In this document: positions 9,119-17,357 of the stretch, piece after piece
Layout: every line of letters starts with the position of its first letter
How positions within the stretch are numbered: the first letter of the stretch is position 1
Assembly: GCA_040376625.1 (NCBI GenBank)
Contig: JBEIQG010000001.1
Location: 3,079 to 67,078 of the forward strand
Source: Nitrospira sp.
Lineage (GTDB): Bacteria; Nitrospirota; Nitrospiria; Nitrospirales; Nitrospiraceae
Length of the DNA stretch: 64,000 bases
Reading direction: 5' to 3'
Notes under the pieces: generated by a model
Databases searched by the model: none
What the model saw: only the letters and a program-made list of their open reading frames with translations
What the model was told of the DNA's origin: nothing
Made by a program: the position numbers and the translations under genes

Positions 9119-10299
9119 TACTGCGTTCCTCCCAGATGGGTTTCGTTTCCGGGGATCTGCTGCGAAGGCGTCGCCGGGATGGGCACCGGTTTCTTCGGTG
9201 CCTGGTAGATAATCGCCGGCGGGGTTCTGCGAGGTGCATCGATCGATGGTTGTTCCGCAGCAGGAGCAGCCTGGTCGACTCCCGATCGATAGGTATGAAG
9301 TGTGAGCGCTGCCGGTCGGCCGTTTGGCGGTGCGACTTGTCGATAGGTCGGCATCGTGCCGCGGCTCCCCGATGGCAGCGGCGCTCCTGGCTGTGCCGGT
9401 ACTTGAATTGCGCCTGGTTGAGCCGGTTGTTGCGGGACGACCGCGTAGCCCGGCAAAAAGGGAACGGTATGCGGCACTGGCGGCTTGCGAGGTTGCGGCG
9501 GCGCCGGGGGTGCTTTCGTTCCCACGGCCTGCCGTGCGATGGCCAGGTGGGGATTGCCGGGGTTCAGCCGACTCGCGAGCCCAAGCAGAGCGTGAATGTG
9601 CGCGAGGCCGGCGGATGGAGAGGGTTGTGCGAATGGAGCCAGTAGCACCCAGTCCGTCCAAGCTTGCGCGACCAGCGCATCGGACTCCGCGCGATTGAGC
9701 AACCCGTTGCGTTCATGGCTCAGTGCTTGGACTTGTTGGGGCGAGGTGGCGCCGGCGAGGGCGTCGTTGGCGGCCTCGAGTTCCTGCTGCAACGATTCCA
9801 CATCCCGTCTGAGCGCAAGCAACTGCTCCCGCGCGTCCTCGTTCTGCCGTAGGGTGGCAATGGCCTGGGCGACTTCGTCGGTGTCCACCTGTGCCGTCAG
9901 CTCGACGCGGATCACGACGAACTCTCCATCCAGGGCGGTCCTGACTTGTTGATCGAGGACCAGCACCATTCCGGCGGTGTAACTGCGGATTTCATCCAGA
10001 GTGACATCCAGATCCCGCACGACCGTGACGCTTTCCAGATACGAGGCGACCTGCTCCAATGCCTGTTTCTTGGCCTGCTCGGTGGCGAGCTTCACTCCAT
10101 CTGTTTTGGTTTCGTGATCGTTCATTCGATGTTCGCCCGTTCCTGTGACGACTCGGACCTCAGCTTGACTTGGACTCGGGCGGGTGAGGAGCAGCGAAAG
10201 GGTGATAGAGAGCAGGCCGATAAGAAGGTGGATCGGTCGAGCCCGCGGGAACGTGTCGGGAAGGGAGCGGGAGCCGCTGTCGAAACGGTTTTGGGGCAT
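9118..10299 (-). CDS. Exported protein: LPP20/FlgT-N-like domain, coiled coil, Pro-rich tail
   Basis: Signal peptide (SQA-E); ATEQAKKQALEQVASYLESVT; heptad region; PQ/PA-rich C-terminus. Confidence 0.65.
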   Translation of the reverse strand: MPQNRFDSGSRSLPDTFPRARPIHLLIGLLSITLSLLLTRPSPSQAEVRVVTGTGEHRMNDHETKTDGVKLATEQAKKQALEQVASYLESVTVVRDLDVTLDEIRSYTAGMVLVLDQQVRTALDGEFVVIRVELTAQVDTDEVAQAIATLRQNEDAREQLLALRRDVESLQQELEAANDALAGATSPQQVQALSHERNGLLNRAESDALVAQAWTDWVLLAPFAQPSPSAGLAHIHALLGLASRLNPGNPHLAIARQAVGTKAPPAPPQPRKPPVPHTVPFLPGYAVVPQQPAQPGAIQVPAQPGAPLPSGSRGTMPTYRQVAPPNGRPAALTLHTYRSGVDQAAPAAEQPSIDAPRRTPPAIIYQAPKKPVPIPATPSQQIPGNETHLGGTQ

Positions 10300-10411
10300 T
10301 GCCTCACCACCCTGGAGCGGCTGACGGAGTGTGGTTGTCGAGTAAATTGTTCAGGCAGGATCAGGATACCATCGATCCCGCTTCGACGCTATGAGAGGCG
10401 GGGTTCGCGCC

Positions 10412-10441
10412 TTGCCTTCGCGGAAAACAGCATGCTAAGGT
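10412..10441 (+). promoter_or_regulatory. Putative sigma70 promoter
   Basis: TTGCCT-18-TAAGGT with extended -10 TG. Confidence 0.4.
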
Positions 10442-10468
10442 ACTTCACTTCGCGTCCTAAAAGATCGT

Positions 10469-11536
10469 ATGGTGGGGCAGGATATGAGCTCTATTCGCAG
10501 CATGATGACAGTCACGACGGCCTTCTGCATGGCCGTCGGCATAGGTCTGGCACCGATGGCGGCTTCATCCCAATCCGTTGCCGTAGCGGCACGCGGCGGG
10601 GGAGACGCGGTCACCACCCCTGCTCAGGCAGGGTACACGGAACATGTGATTCTCTTCGTATTGGAAGGGTTTGGTCAGGAATCGCTCAAGAGTGGCGCGA
10701 TGCCGGTCTTGTCGTCCCTTGTAAAGGACGGGGCCGTGACCTGGTCTGCCACGGCGGTGGCCCCTGCACGTCGTTTGCCGACGATGGCCTCATTGGTCAC
10801 GGGCATGCCGGTTGCCAAGCATGGGATCACCTGGAACGTCTTTGAATTCAGTCGTGGCTATCCTCGCGCGCCGACGGTGTTTGACTATCTAGACCTGAGC
10901 GGCGGACGGGACAGTGCCATTTTCTATATGGACGAGTCGTTATATCAACTCGCGAAGCCGGAGCCCTACACGGACTATCAGATGTGTGGTCCGCTCCGGG
11001 CCGAATGTAATCCTGACCGGCTAGTCGGCTATGTCCGGGACTATTTCAAAAAGGCTACGAGTGGTTCCGGATACGGTCATGCCATTCCAGCCCTACCGCA
11101 TCTCCTGGTGGTCCACTTGCCGGCCCCCGGGCGCGTCGGAGAAGTGCAGGGCTGGAAATCAGCGGCCTACAAAGACGCGTTGAAGGCGGTTGATAAAGCG
11201 ATGGGGACCGTGCTGGATTTGTATCGGGAACTTGGATTGATCAAGCGGACCACCGTATTTGCGACCTCGTTGAGCGCGTTCGGCGAGACGCAATTCTCGG
11301 CCGGTGAGATTCCGGGCGAGCAGGGTAACAATGTTCCGGTGGTGCCATGGATAGCCTCAGGCGTCGGCATCAAGGCTGGGCATACAATTCGCCAGCCGGT
11401 GTCGATTATCGATACGGGCGCGACGGTGATGCGCGCGCTCGGACTCACGACATATACCGAATGGGAGAGCCACCCGGTCGAAGAAATCTTCAAGACCGCA
11501 TTCGCGGCTGCTCCCGCGAGCCCACTCCTGCAATAG
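10469..11536 (+). CDS. Exported alkaline-phosphatase/NPP-superfamily protein with degenerate catalytic motifs
   Basis: HVILFVLEGFG, MPVL, LPTMASLVTG.P..HGI, D.AMG.VL, VPWIASG.GIK, IIDTGAT. Confidence 0.8.
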   Translation: MVGQDMSSIRSMMTVTTAFCMAVGIGLAPMAASSQSVAVAARGGGDAVTTPAQAGYTEHVILFVLEGFGQESLKSGAMPVLSSLVKDGAVTWSATAVAPARRLPTMASLVTGMPVAKHGITWNVFEFSRGYPRAPTVFDYLDLSGGRDSAIFYMDESLYQLAKPEPYTDYQMCGPLRAECNPDRLVGYVRDYFKKATSGSGYGHAIPALPHLLVVHLPAPGRVGEVQGWKSAAYKDALKAVDKAMGTVLDLYRELGLIKRTTVFATSLSAFGETQFSAGEIPGEQGNNVPVVPWIASGVGIKAGHTIRQPVSIIDTGATVMRALGLTTYTEWESHPVEEIFKTAFAAAPASPLLQ

Positions 11537-11543
11537 AGGAACC

Positions 11544-12035
11544 ATGCGTTCATCATCGCACAAAACATTCGCCGGGCGGCAGGTGTTTTTCTGGATCGTA
11601 GCCTTGACGTGTGTGGTGATTCCAGGGCCATCCCAGCGGCTCCTGGCGGCCGGTCCACCCCCTGCCTACGGCAAAGAACATACGATTACCATCGATCCCA
11701 CTCCGTTGGTGCCGCAATCCTGGTGGCAGGTTCCCGGCGTGACACCCCCGCTCTGGGTCCTGGACCCGGAGACTTCGGATGCCTATCGGACAACTGAAAC
11801 GCACGAGTTGAAGCTCAAGCCGGGACAATACAAGTTCATCAGTTTTACCTTCGACTTCCCCTTCACGGTGAGTTTGGATGGGAAGCTGGAGTACTCCAAG
11901 TCGCTCGATCAATGTGTGGAGGGCCGCGGGACTCAGACCCTGGTGGTACGGTGCAAACGCACCTATCCTCATGGCGGTCAACGTGACGCCTATTACGGGA
12001 ATAGTGAGGTGGGTGATGGCGCAGGCACTCGATGA
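11544..12035 (+). CDS. Hypothetical exported beta-rich protein
   Basis: AGGA RBS; signal peptide; LKLKPGQYKF; two Cys in the mature part; 3' end overlaps the next start. Confidence 0.7.
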   Translation: MRSSSHKTFAGRQVFFWIVALTCVVIPGPSQRLLAAGPPPAYGKEHTITIDPTPLVPQSWWQVPGVTPPLWVLDPETSDAYRTTETHELKLKPGQYKFISFTFDFPFTVSLDGKLEYSKSLDQCVEGRGTQTLVVRCKRTYPHGGQRDAYYGNSEVGDGAGTR

Positions 12036-13386
12036 TTTGCTGGACTCCCTCGAAGATGCAGATGACGCCACGCGTGAAGAGGCGGCGAAAGCCCTCGCCG
12101 AATTAGCCAACCCGGCCACGTTGGATGCGCTCATCGGCGCCTGCGGGGATGACTTTTGGTCTGTGCGGACTCGTGCGGGGTGGGGCGTGGCCAAGATCGG
12201 CGGCCCGAAGGCGATCGAAGCGTTAGTCGCGCTCTTCAACGACCCGATCATGGAAGTCCGCAACGAAGCGGTTGCCGCCGTGGTCTCGCTTGGTGTGGGG
12301 CACCTTGATCGGTTGTTGGTCGCGATGAAGGATGAGCGGTGGCGGGTCCGTGAGCATGCGGCCAAAGCGTGCGGGGATCTCCATGATTCGCGCGCCGTCG
12401 ATGCGTTGATATTTGCCTGTCGGGATCGCGACGGGGCCGTGAAGAGTGCCGCCGCGGAAGCGCTGGGGAAAATCGGCGATCCGAAAGCCATACCCGCGCT
12501 GGTGAAATTGTTCCGTGATTCATCCAAGATCGTCCGTGAAACCGCCGGTATTGCCCTGGTGGCGATCGGACAGCCATCCGTCGATTTGTTGCTCGAGACG
12601 TTGAAGGACAAAGATTTCGTCGTGCGGTGTCATGCGGCTCGTGCATTGGGAGGCATGACGACGGACTATCAAATCGGCCGGAGCTGGGTGCGGGAGCCGC
12701 GTGTTGTCGATGCCTTGATCGAGGCGCTGAAAGATCCGGACCGGGCCGTGCGGGAAGATGCCACGATTGCGTTGGGCATGATCGGGGATCCCCGCGCCAT
12801 CGACGGGCTATTGGAAGCGATGAAGGACGGTGCCGTGAAGCGCCATGCCATCGCCTCGCTGGGTATGATCGGCGATCCTCGAGCCCTTCCTGCTGTCTTG
12901 GCTGCGCTCAAGGGAAAAGGTGTGCGTCAGGACGGAACTCCGACGCCCGGGTGCATCGTCAGTGAAGACGCCTTTATCAAGGAGGCAGCAGCCACTGCGC
13001 TTGGCCACTTCCGCGATCCGCGCGTGATTCCCGATCTGATCATGCTGTTGAAAGACGGGGTGTTGCGTGAGAAAGCGGCGGCGGCGCTGGTACTGATCGG
13101 TGACTCGGCCATCGAACCCCTCATCTCCTTTCTCTATGATCCCAAAGCATCGGAAGTTGAAGCCGAGGGCGAACGTGTCCTGTCCTACGCCTCGGTGCGG
13201 CTGACGGCGAAGGACTCCCTACGGCTACTCGTCGTTGAAACATTGGAACATCTTGGGTGGACGCCTCCGGATGAAGAGACGTCGGTGGACTCCAGTCAGG
13301 CCGACAATCTTCGCGTCGACCGCCCGCTCGGCGACATCGGACGGTTCGGTCCAAGTGGAGATTTTGCGAAAGGATCGGTGCGGTAA
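12016..13386 (+). CDS. HEAT-repeat (PBS-lyase/HEAT_2-like) protein 1
   Basis: Many LxDxDxxVRxxAAxALGxIGDPxA repeats; GAGGT RBS before ATG 12016. Confidence 0.92.
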   Translation: MAQALDDLLDSLEDADDATREEAAKALAELANPATLDALIGACGDDFWSVRTRAGWGVAKIGGPKAIEALVALFNDPIMEVRNEAVAAVVSLGVGHLDRLLVAMKDERWRVREHAAKACGDLHDSRAVDALIFACRDRDGAVKSAAAEALGKIGDPKAIPALVKLFRDSSKIVRETAGIALVAIGQPSVDLLLETLKDKDFVVRCHAARALGGMTTDYQIGRSWVREPRVVDALIEALKDPDRAVREDATIALGMIGDPRAIDGLLEAMKDGAVKRHAIASLGMIGDPRALPAVLAALKGKGVRQDGTPTPGCIVSEDAFIKEAAATALGHFRDPRVIPDLIMLLKDGVLREKAAAALVLIGDSAIEPLISFLYDPKASEVEAEGERVLSYASVRLTAKDSLRLLVVETLEHLGWTPPDEETSVDSSQADNLRVDRPLGDIGRFGPSGDFAKGSVR

Positions 13387-13515
13387 TCACCGGCTTCCTC
13401 CCCTTGGGTTCGTTCCCTGGGATGAGCATCTCCGGCGTTCCTACCGTCTGTTCTCCTCTGTTTCGACCGGCCGCGGAGGGACGGTTCGATACCAGGTCGC
13501 ATGGTCGACCCCGCG

Positions 13516-13545
13516 TTGACCCCTAAAAAAATCCTGTGTTACGTT
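13516..13545 (+). promoter_or_regulatory. Putative internal sigma70 promoter for HEAT genes 2-5
   Basis: TTGACC-18-TACGTT with extended TG, in a 187-bp intergenic gap. Confidence 0.45.
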
Positions 13546-13573
13546 CGGTGGCCTCATCACAGGCCGAGGTACC

Positions 13574-14656
13574 ATGCCCGATACCGTCAGTGAACAGATC
13601 GCGGCGCTGTCGGACGAAGATTGGGCGATTCGAGAAGAGGCCGCGACCCTGCTCGGAGCGCTCAACGACGCCCGGGCTGTTCTGCCGCTCACGAAGCTGC
13701 TCGGTGATACCGACCGGGCTGTTCGTGAAGCAGCGATCGGGTCGCTCTCCGCGCTCGGGTCCGCGTCGGTGCCTGCTCTGGCCCGCTGCTTGGCGGATCC
13801 GGCTTTGCAAGTGCAGGAAGCGGCTTCGGCTATTTTGGCTTCGACTGCCGATGCGCGGGTTTTTCGCCCGCTTGTGGAGGCCCTGAGCAGTCGCGATTGG
13901 ATCGTGCGTATGCATGCCGCGAAGGGGCTGGGACGGATCGGCGATCCCGAAGCCGTCAGTGTTTTGATGCCGCTCTTGCAAGACAAGGTCAAGGCGGTCC
14001 GTGAGGAGGCTTCCAGCGCACTGGCCGCTATCGGCACTGCCGCTGTATCAGGGTTGATCCAAGCCCTTGAACACGATGAGTGGTTGGTTCGCCTCCATGC
14101 CGTAGAGGCCTTGGGCAAACTGAAGTCTCCGGATTCAGTCGATCCGTTGCTGCGTGCTCTGTTTAATGAGCGGGACTCGGCGATTCGCGAAGATGTTGTG
14201 CGGGCCTTGGGTGCGATCCGGGATGTACGGGCGGTGGATTATTTGGTGACGGTGATGAAGGAGCCGGGGCTGCGGCTGTTGGCGGTCGAGGCGCTCGGTC
14301 ATATCGGCGACCCCCGTGCCGTGCCTCTTCTTCGGCGCGTTGTGGAGGGGGTACCGCTTGGGGAGCCTCGCGATACGGCGACCCCTTGTGCCGACGGGTG
14401 GACGGACGAGATGGCGACCATGGGGATGGCGGCTCGCGCGTTGGGGATGATCGCCGACAGCGTGGCTATTCCATCTCTCATCGTGGCGTTGCGGAATACT
14501 ATTACCCGGTCCGAGGCGGCGTCGGCTTTGGCCAGGTTCGGCCCGGCGGTGATTCCATCCCTGCTTCCGATGCTGGCAAAGGAACAAGACGAGAATGTCC
14601 GGTATTACGTCCGAGAGACGTTGACGGCTGTGGGCTGGCGTCCGGGACGGGTCTGA
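13574..14656 (+). CDS. HEAT-repeat protein 2
   Basis: Tandem HEAT repeats throughout; GAGG RBS. Confidence 0.92.
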   Translation: MPDTVSEQIAALSDEDWAIREEAATLLGALNDARAVLPLTKLLGDTDRAVREAAIGSLSALGSASVPALARCLADPALQVQEAASAILASTADARVFRPLVEALSSRDWIVRMHAAKGLGRIGDPEAVSVLMPLLQDKVKAVREEASSALAAIGTAAVSGLIQALEHDEWLVRLHAVEALGKLKSPDSVDPLLRALFNERDSAIREDVVRALGAIRDVRAVDYLVTVMKEPGLRLLAVEALGHIGDPRAVPLLRRVVEGVPLGEPRDTATPCADGWTDEMATMGMAARALGMIADSVAIPSLIVALRNTITRSEAASALARFGPAVIPSLLPMLAKEQDENVRYYVRETLTAVGWRPGRV

Positions 14657-14750
14657 CAAGTAGTAGTTTGTGATGTGGTGAGACAACCGAGGGTGATCTT
14701 CATTTCCGGCACTCACCGAATCGGAAAACCTCGCACTTGCCGACGAATAT

Positions 14751-15851
14751 ATGTCTAAAGAAAGCATTGATACACTCGTTTCTGAACTGACCCACGAGGA
14801 AGAATGGCGGCGTATGCGGGCCACAGCCGCTTGTTTGGCCGGTGGGCCCCGAGCGGTGCAGGCGTTAACGCAGGCCTTGCAATCGGGCGAGGTTGCTCTC
14901 CGCGTTGAAGCGGCGGCGATGTTGTCGCGGATCAAGGATCCGGCGGCCGGCCTTTCTTTGGTCGGTTTGCTCCGGGATTCCGAGGAGGCCGTCCGGCAAG
15001 CGGCTTTTGCAGCGCTCGAACAGATGGCCGGCAATCTGGACGACGAGACAGCCGCGGGTCTGGTGCGCAATCTTCACGAGTCTCCGGATGAGGATGTGCG
15101 GAACCGGGTCCGTCAGCTTCTGGGCCTGATTCCCAACGCGATCACTCCCCTGTGCGAGATGTTGACTCATCCGGAGATTGAAGCGCAGACGACCGCGGCG
15201 ACGATTCTCGAGCATTTGCTTGATCCGCGCTCGGCGGACGGATTGATCGATGCCATGTCCTCTCCCGCGGTTCGTGACACCGCCGTCCGGACACTGAAGA
15301 AGCTGGGGGCGATTCGAGACCGGATCGATGCGACGTTTAATGCCTTGCGTGACGTGGAAGGGGCGAGTGAGCGGGAAGAAGCCCGCATGTCCACGGTCAT
15401 GGATTTGCTCGGGATCGGACGGCCCGCGGTCGAAATTTTGATTGAGTATCTGGAAGATGACGACTGGGTGGTGCGTGAAGCGGCCGCGGACTTGCTGGGA
15501 AAGATCGGGGATGTGCGTGCGGTCGAGCCGTTGATGAAGCGGCTTCAGTTGGACAAGGATACCGGAGTCAAAGAGTATGCCGTGAAGTCTCTGGGGCTCA
15601 TTGGAGACCCGCGTCCGGCACAATTGTACATTGAAGCGATTCCGATCAGGCCCTTACGGGTGATGGCGATCGAGGCCTTGGCAAAAATCAAGGATGTCGA
15701 AGTGTTGCGCCCGTATAACGAGTTGTTCAACCGGTTGCGGACCGACAGGGACGGCATTGTGTCGTACAGCGCGGGCCTCATTGCGGACAAACTTGCAGCG
15801 CTTGAAGGCGAACAGCCGGTCGGACAGGAGGGATCGGACGATCATGAGTGA
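14751..15851 (+). CDS. HEAT-repeat protein 3
   Basis: Repeats such as LEDDDWVVREAAADLLGKIGD. Confidence 0.9.
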   Translation: MSKESIDTLVSELTHEEEWRRMRATAACLAGGPRAVQALTQALQSGEVALRVEAAAMLSRIKDPAAGLSLVGLLRDSEEAVRQAAFAALEQMAGNLDDETAAGLVRNLHESPDEDVRNRVRQLLGLIPNAITPLCEMLTHPEIEAQTTAATILEHLLDPRSADGLIDAMSSPAVRDTAVRTLKKLGAIRDRIDATFNALRDVEGASEREEARMSTVMDLLGIGRPAVEILIEYLEDDDWVVREAAADLLGKIGDVRAVEPLMKRLQLDKDTGVKEYAVKSLGLIGDPRPAQLYIEAIPIRPLRVMAIEALAKIKDVEVLRPYNELFNRLRTDRDGIVSYSAGLIADKLAALEGEQPVGQEGSDDHE

Positions 15852-16605
15852 TGCCGAGCGAATTGCACAATTAATCTCTGCGCTCCGCGATGACAACGAA
15901 GCGTTGCGGGACCATGCGATGGCGAGCCTCGGGCAGATGGGCATTGAGGCCGTTCCGCAGCTGATCGGCCTGATGGCCGATGAAGACGTGGTGATTCGCG
16001 AAGCAGCCGCGACGGCTGTGGTGCGAATCGGGCCCGTGACGTTCGACCAGATGCTGGAGGCGCTGACCGATGATGAGTGGGCGATTCGCGAGCAGGCGGC
16101 GAATGTGCTCGGACGTTTCCGCGATCCGCGCGCGGTGGATCCCCTCATGGTGGCCCTGAAGGATAAGGACGGAGCCGTCCGGACGGCGGCCGTCTGGGCT
16201 CTGGAGCGGATTGGCGACTCCCGCGCAACGCCGGGATTGATCGAAGCGCTCGGCGACGGGACGGTCCGGGAGGACGTGGCGAGGGTCTTGAAAAAAATCG
16301 GTGATACCAGGGCCGTCGATGCGCTGATCGGCGGGCTACTGGGCTCCAACTGGATGGTGCGGCGTCATGCCGCGGAAGCACTCGGCAAGATCGGTGATCC
16401 GCGTAGCGCCGATGCGTTGATTCAGTCGCTCCAGGATGAGGACTGGCTCGTGCGACGGAACGCCGCCGAATCGTTGGCGCGCTTGGGGGCGAAGCAGGCT
16501 ATCGAACCGCTGCTCCCCCTCCTGGAAGACGAAAACACGATGGTGCAGGAGACCGTCGAAGGTGTCCTTGCGAGTTTGGGATGGAAACAGGCGACCTCGT
16601 CATAA
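15844..16605 (+). CDS. HEAT-repeat protein 4
   Basis: About 8 HEAT repeats; ATG overlaps the end of the previous gene. Confidence 0.92.
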   Translation: MSDAERIAQLISALRDDNEALRDHAMASLGQMGIEAVPQLIGLMADEDVVIREAAATAVVRIGPVTFDQMLEALTDDEWAIREQAANVLGRFRDPRAVDPLMVALKDKDGAVRTAAVWALERIGDSRATPGLIEALGDGTVREDVARVLKKIGDTRAVDALIGGLLGSNWMVRRHAAEALGKIGDPRSADALIQSLQDEDWLVRRNAAESLARLGAKQAIEPLLPLLEDENTMVQETVEGVLASLGWKQATSS

Positions 16606-16625
16606 CCCGATAAAGGAATTCTACT

Positions 16626-17336
16626 ATGGCAGAAGAAGCACCGGCAAAACTGATTCAGATCGGACCAAAGGGCGGGACTAAGAAGGATGGGTTCAACCTT
16701 GTGACGGAACGCGTGGTAGCCGTCAATCCCGAAGCCAAGCAGTTGGAGGTGGAGCTGCTTGCGTACGACGGAAAGACCGTCGTGCTGGATGTCGGCGATG
16801 AGGCCCTGGAAGACTTTCTCAAGATCAAGCCCGGCGATGGGGCGACAATTCGTGTGGTTGAAGAAGGCGGCAAGCGCATTGCGAAGAGTTTCCGGATCCG
16901 GGCGAAAGACCCGAATGCGGCCAAAGCGGATGCCATGTTGATCGACCTCAAGGATTCCCATTGGCTCAATCGTAAATATGCGGCAGAAGTGCTGGGTGAG
17001 TTGAAGGATCCGCGAGCGGTTCTGCCGCTCGTCGAGGCCCTGACCGACGAGGTGGGCGATGTGCGGCAGCGTGCCTATGATTCGTTGATCAAGATCGGCG
17101 GGTCCGCCGTCGCGTCACTCGTACCGTTGTTGGCTTCTGAAGAAGACGACGTGCGCCAGTCGGCCACCGAAATTATCCGGAAGATCGGCAAGCCGGCCGT
17201 CGAGCCTCTCGCCACCGCCCTGGCGGATGCCGACGATCGGCTGAAAACCAGAATCATGAAGGTGCTCGATCGGATGGGCTATAAGCCGAAGGCGAAAGAG
17301 GGTGCCCAGGCTGAGCCCGCGAAGCTGCTCAATTAG
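16626..17336 (+). CDS. HEAT-repeat protein 5 with an N-terminal beta (OB-fold-like) domain
   Basis: N-terminal RVVAVNPE..QLEV...KIKPGD.ATIRV...IAKSFR, then about 4 HEAT repeats. Confidence 0.88.
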   Translation: MAEEAPAKLIQIGPKGGTKKDGFNLVTERVVAVNPEAKQLEVELLAYDGKTVVLDVGDEALEDFLKIKPGDGATIRVVEEGGKRIAKSFRIRAKDPNAAKADAMLIDLKDSHWLNRKYAAEVLGELKDPRAVLPLVEALTDEVGDVRQRAYDSLIKIGGSAVASLVPLLASEEDDVRQSATEIIRKIGKPAVEPLATALADADDRLKTRIMKVLDRMGYKPKAKEGAQAEPAKLLN

Positions 17337-17357
17337 TGTGAGCCGTCCGGCCGCCGG

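Noticed and set aside
9119-9661. N-terminal extension of ORF 8561..9661
   Set aside because: Overlaps the upstream gene out of frame; the ATG at 9118 is coupled to its stop and gives a signal peptide
12016-17336. Phycobilin lyase or deoxyhypusine hydroxylase function for the HEAT proteins
   Set aside because: No phycobiliprotein genes nearby, and the DOHH His-Glu (RHE) motifs are absent
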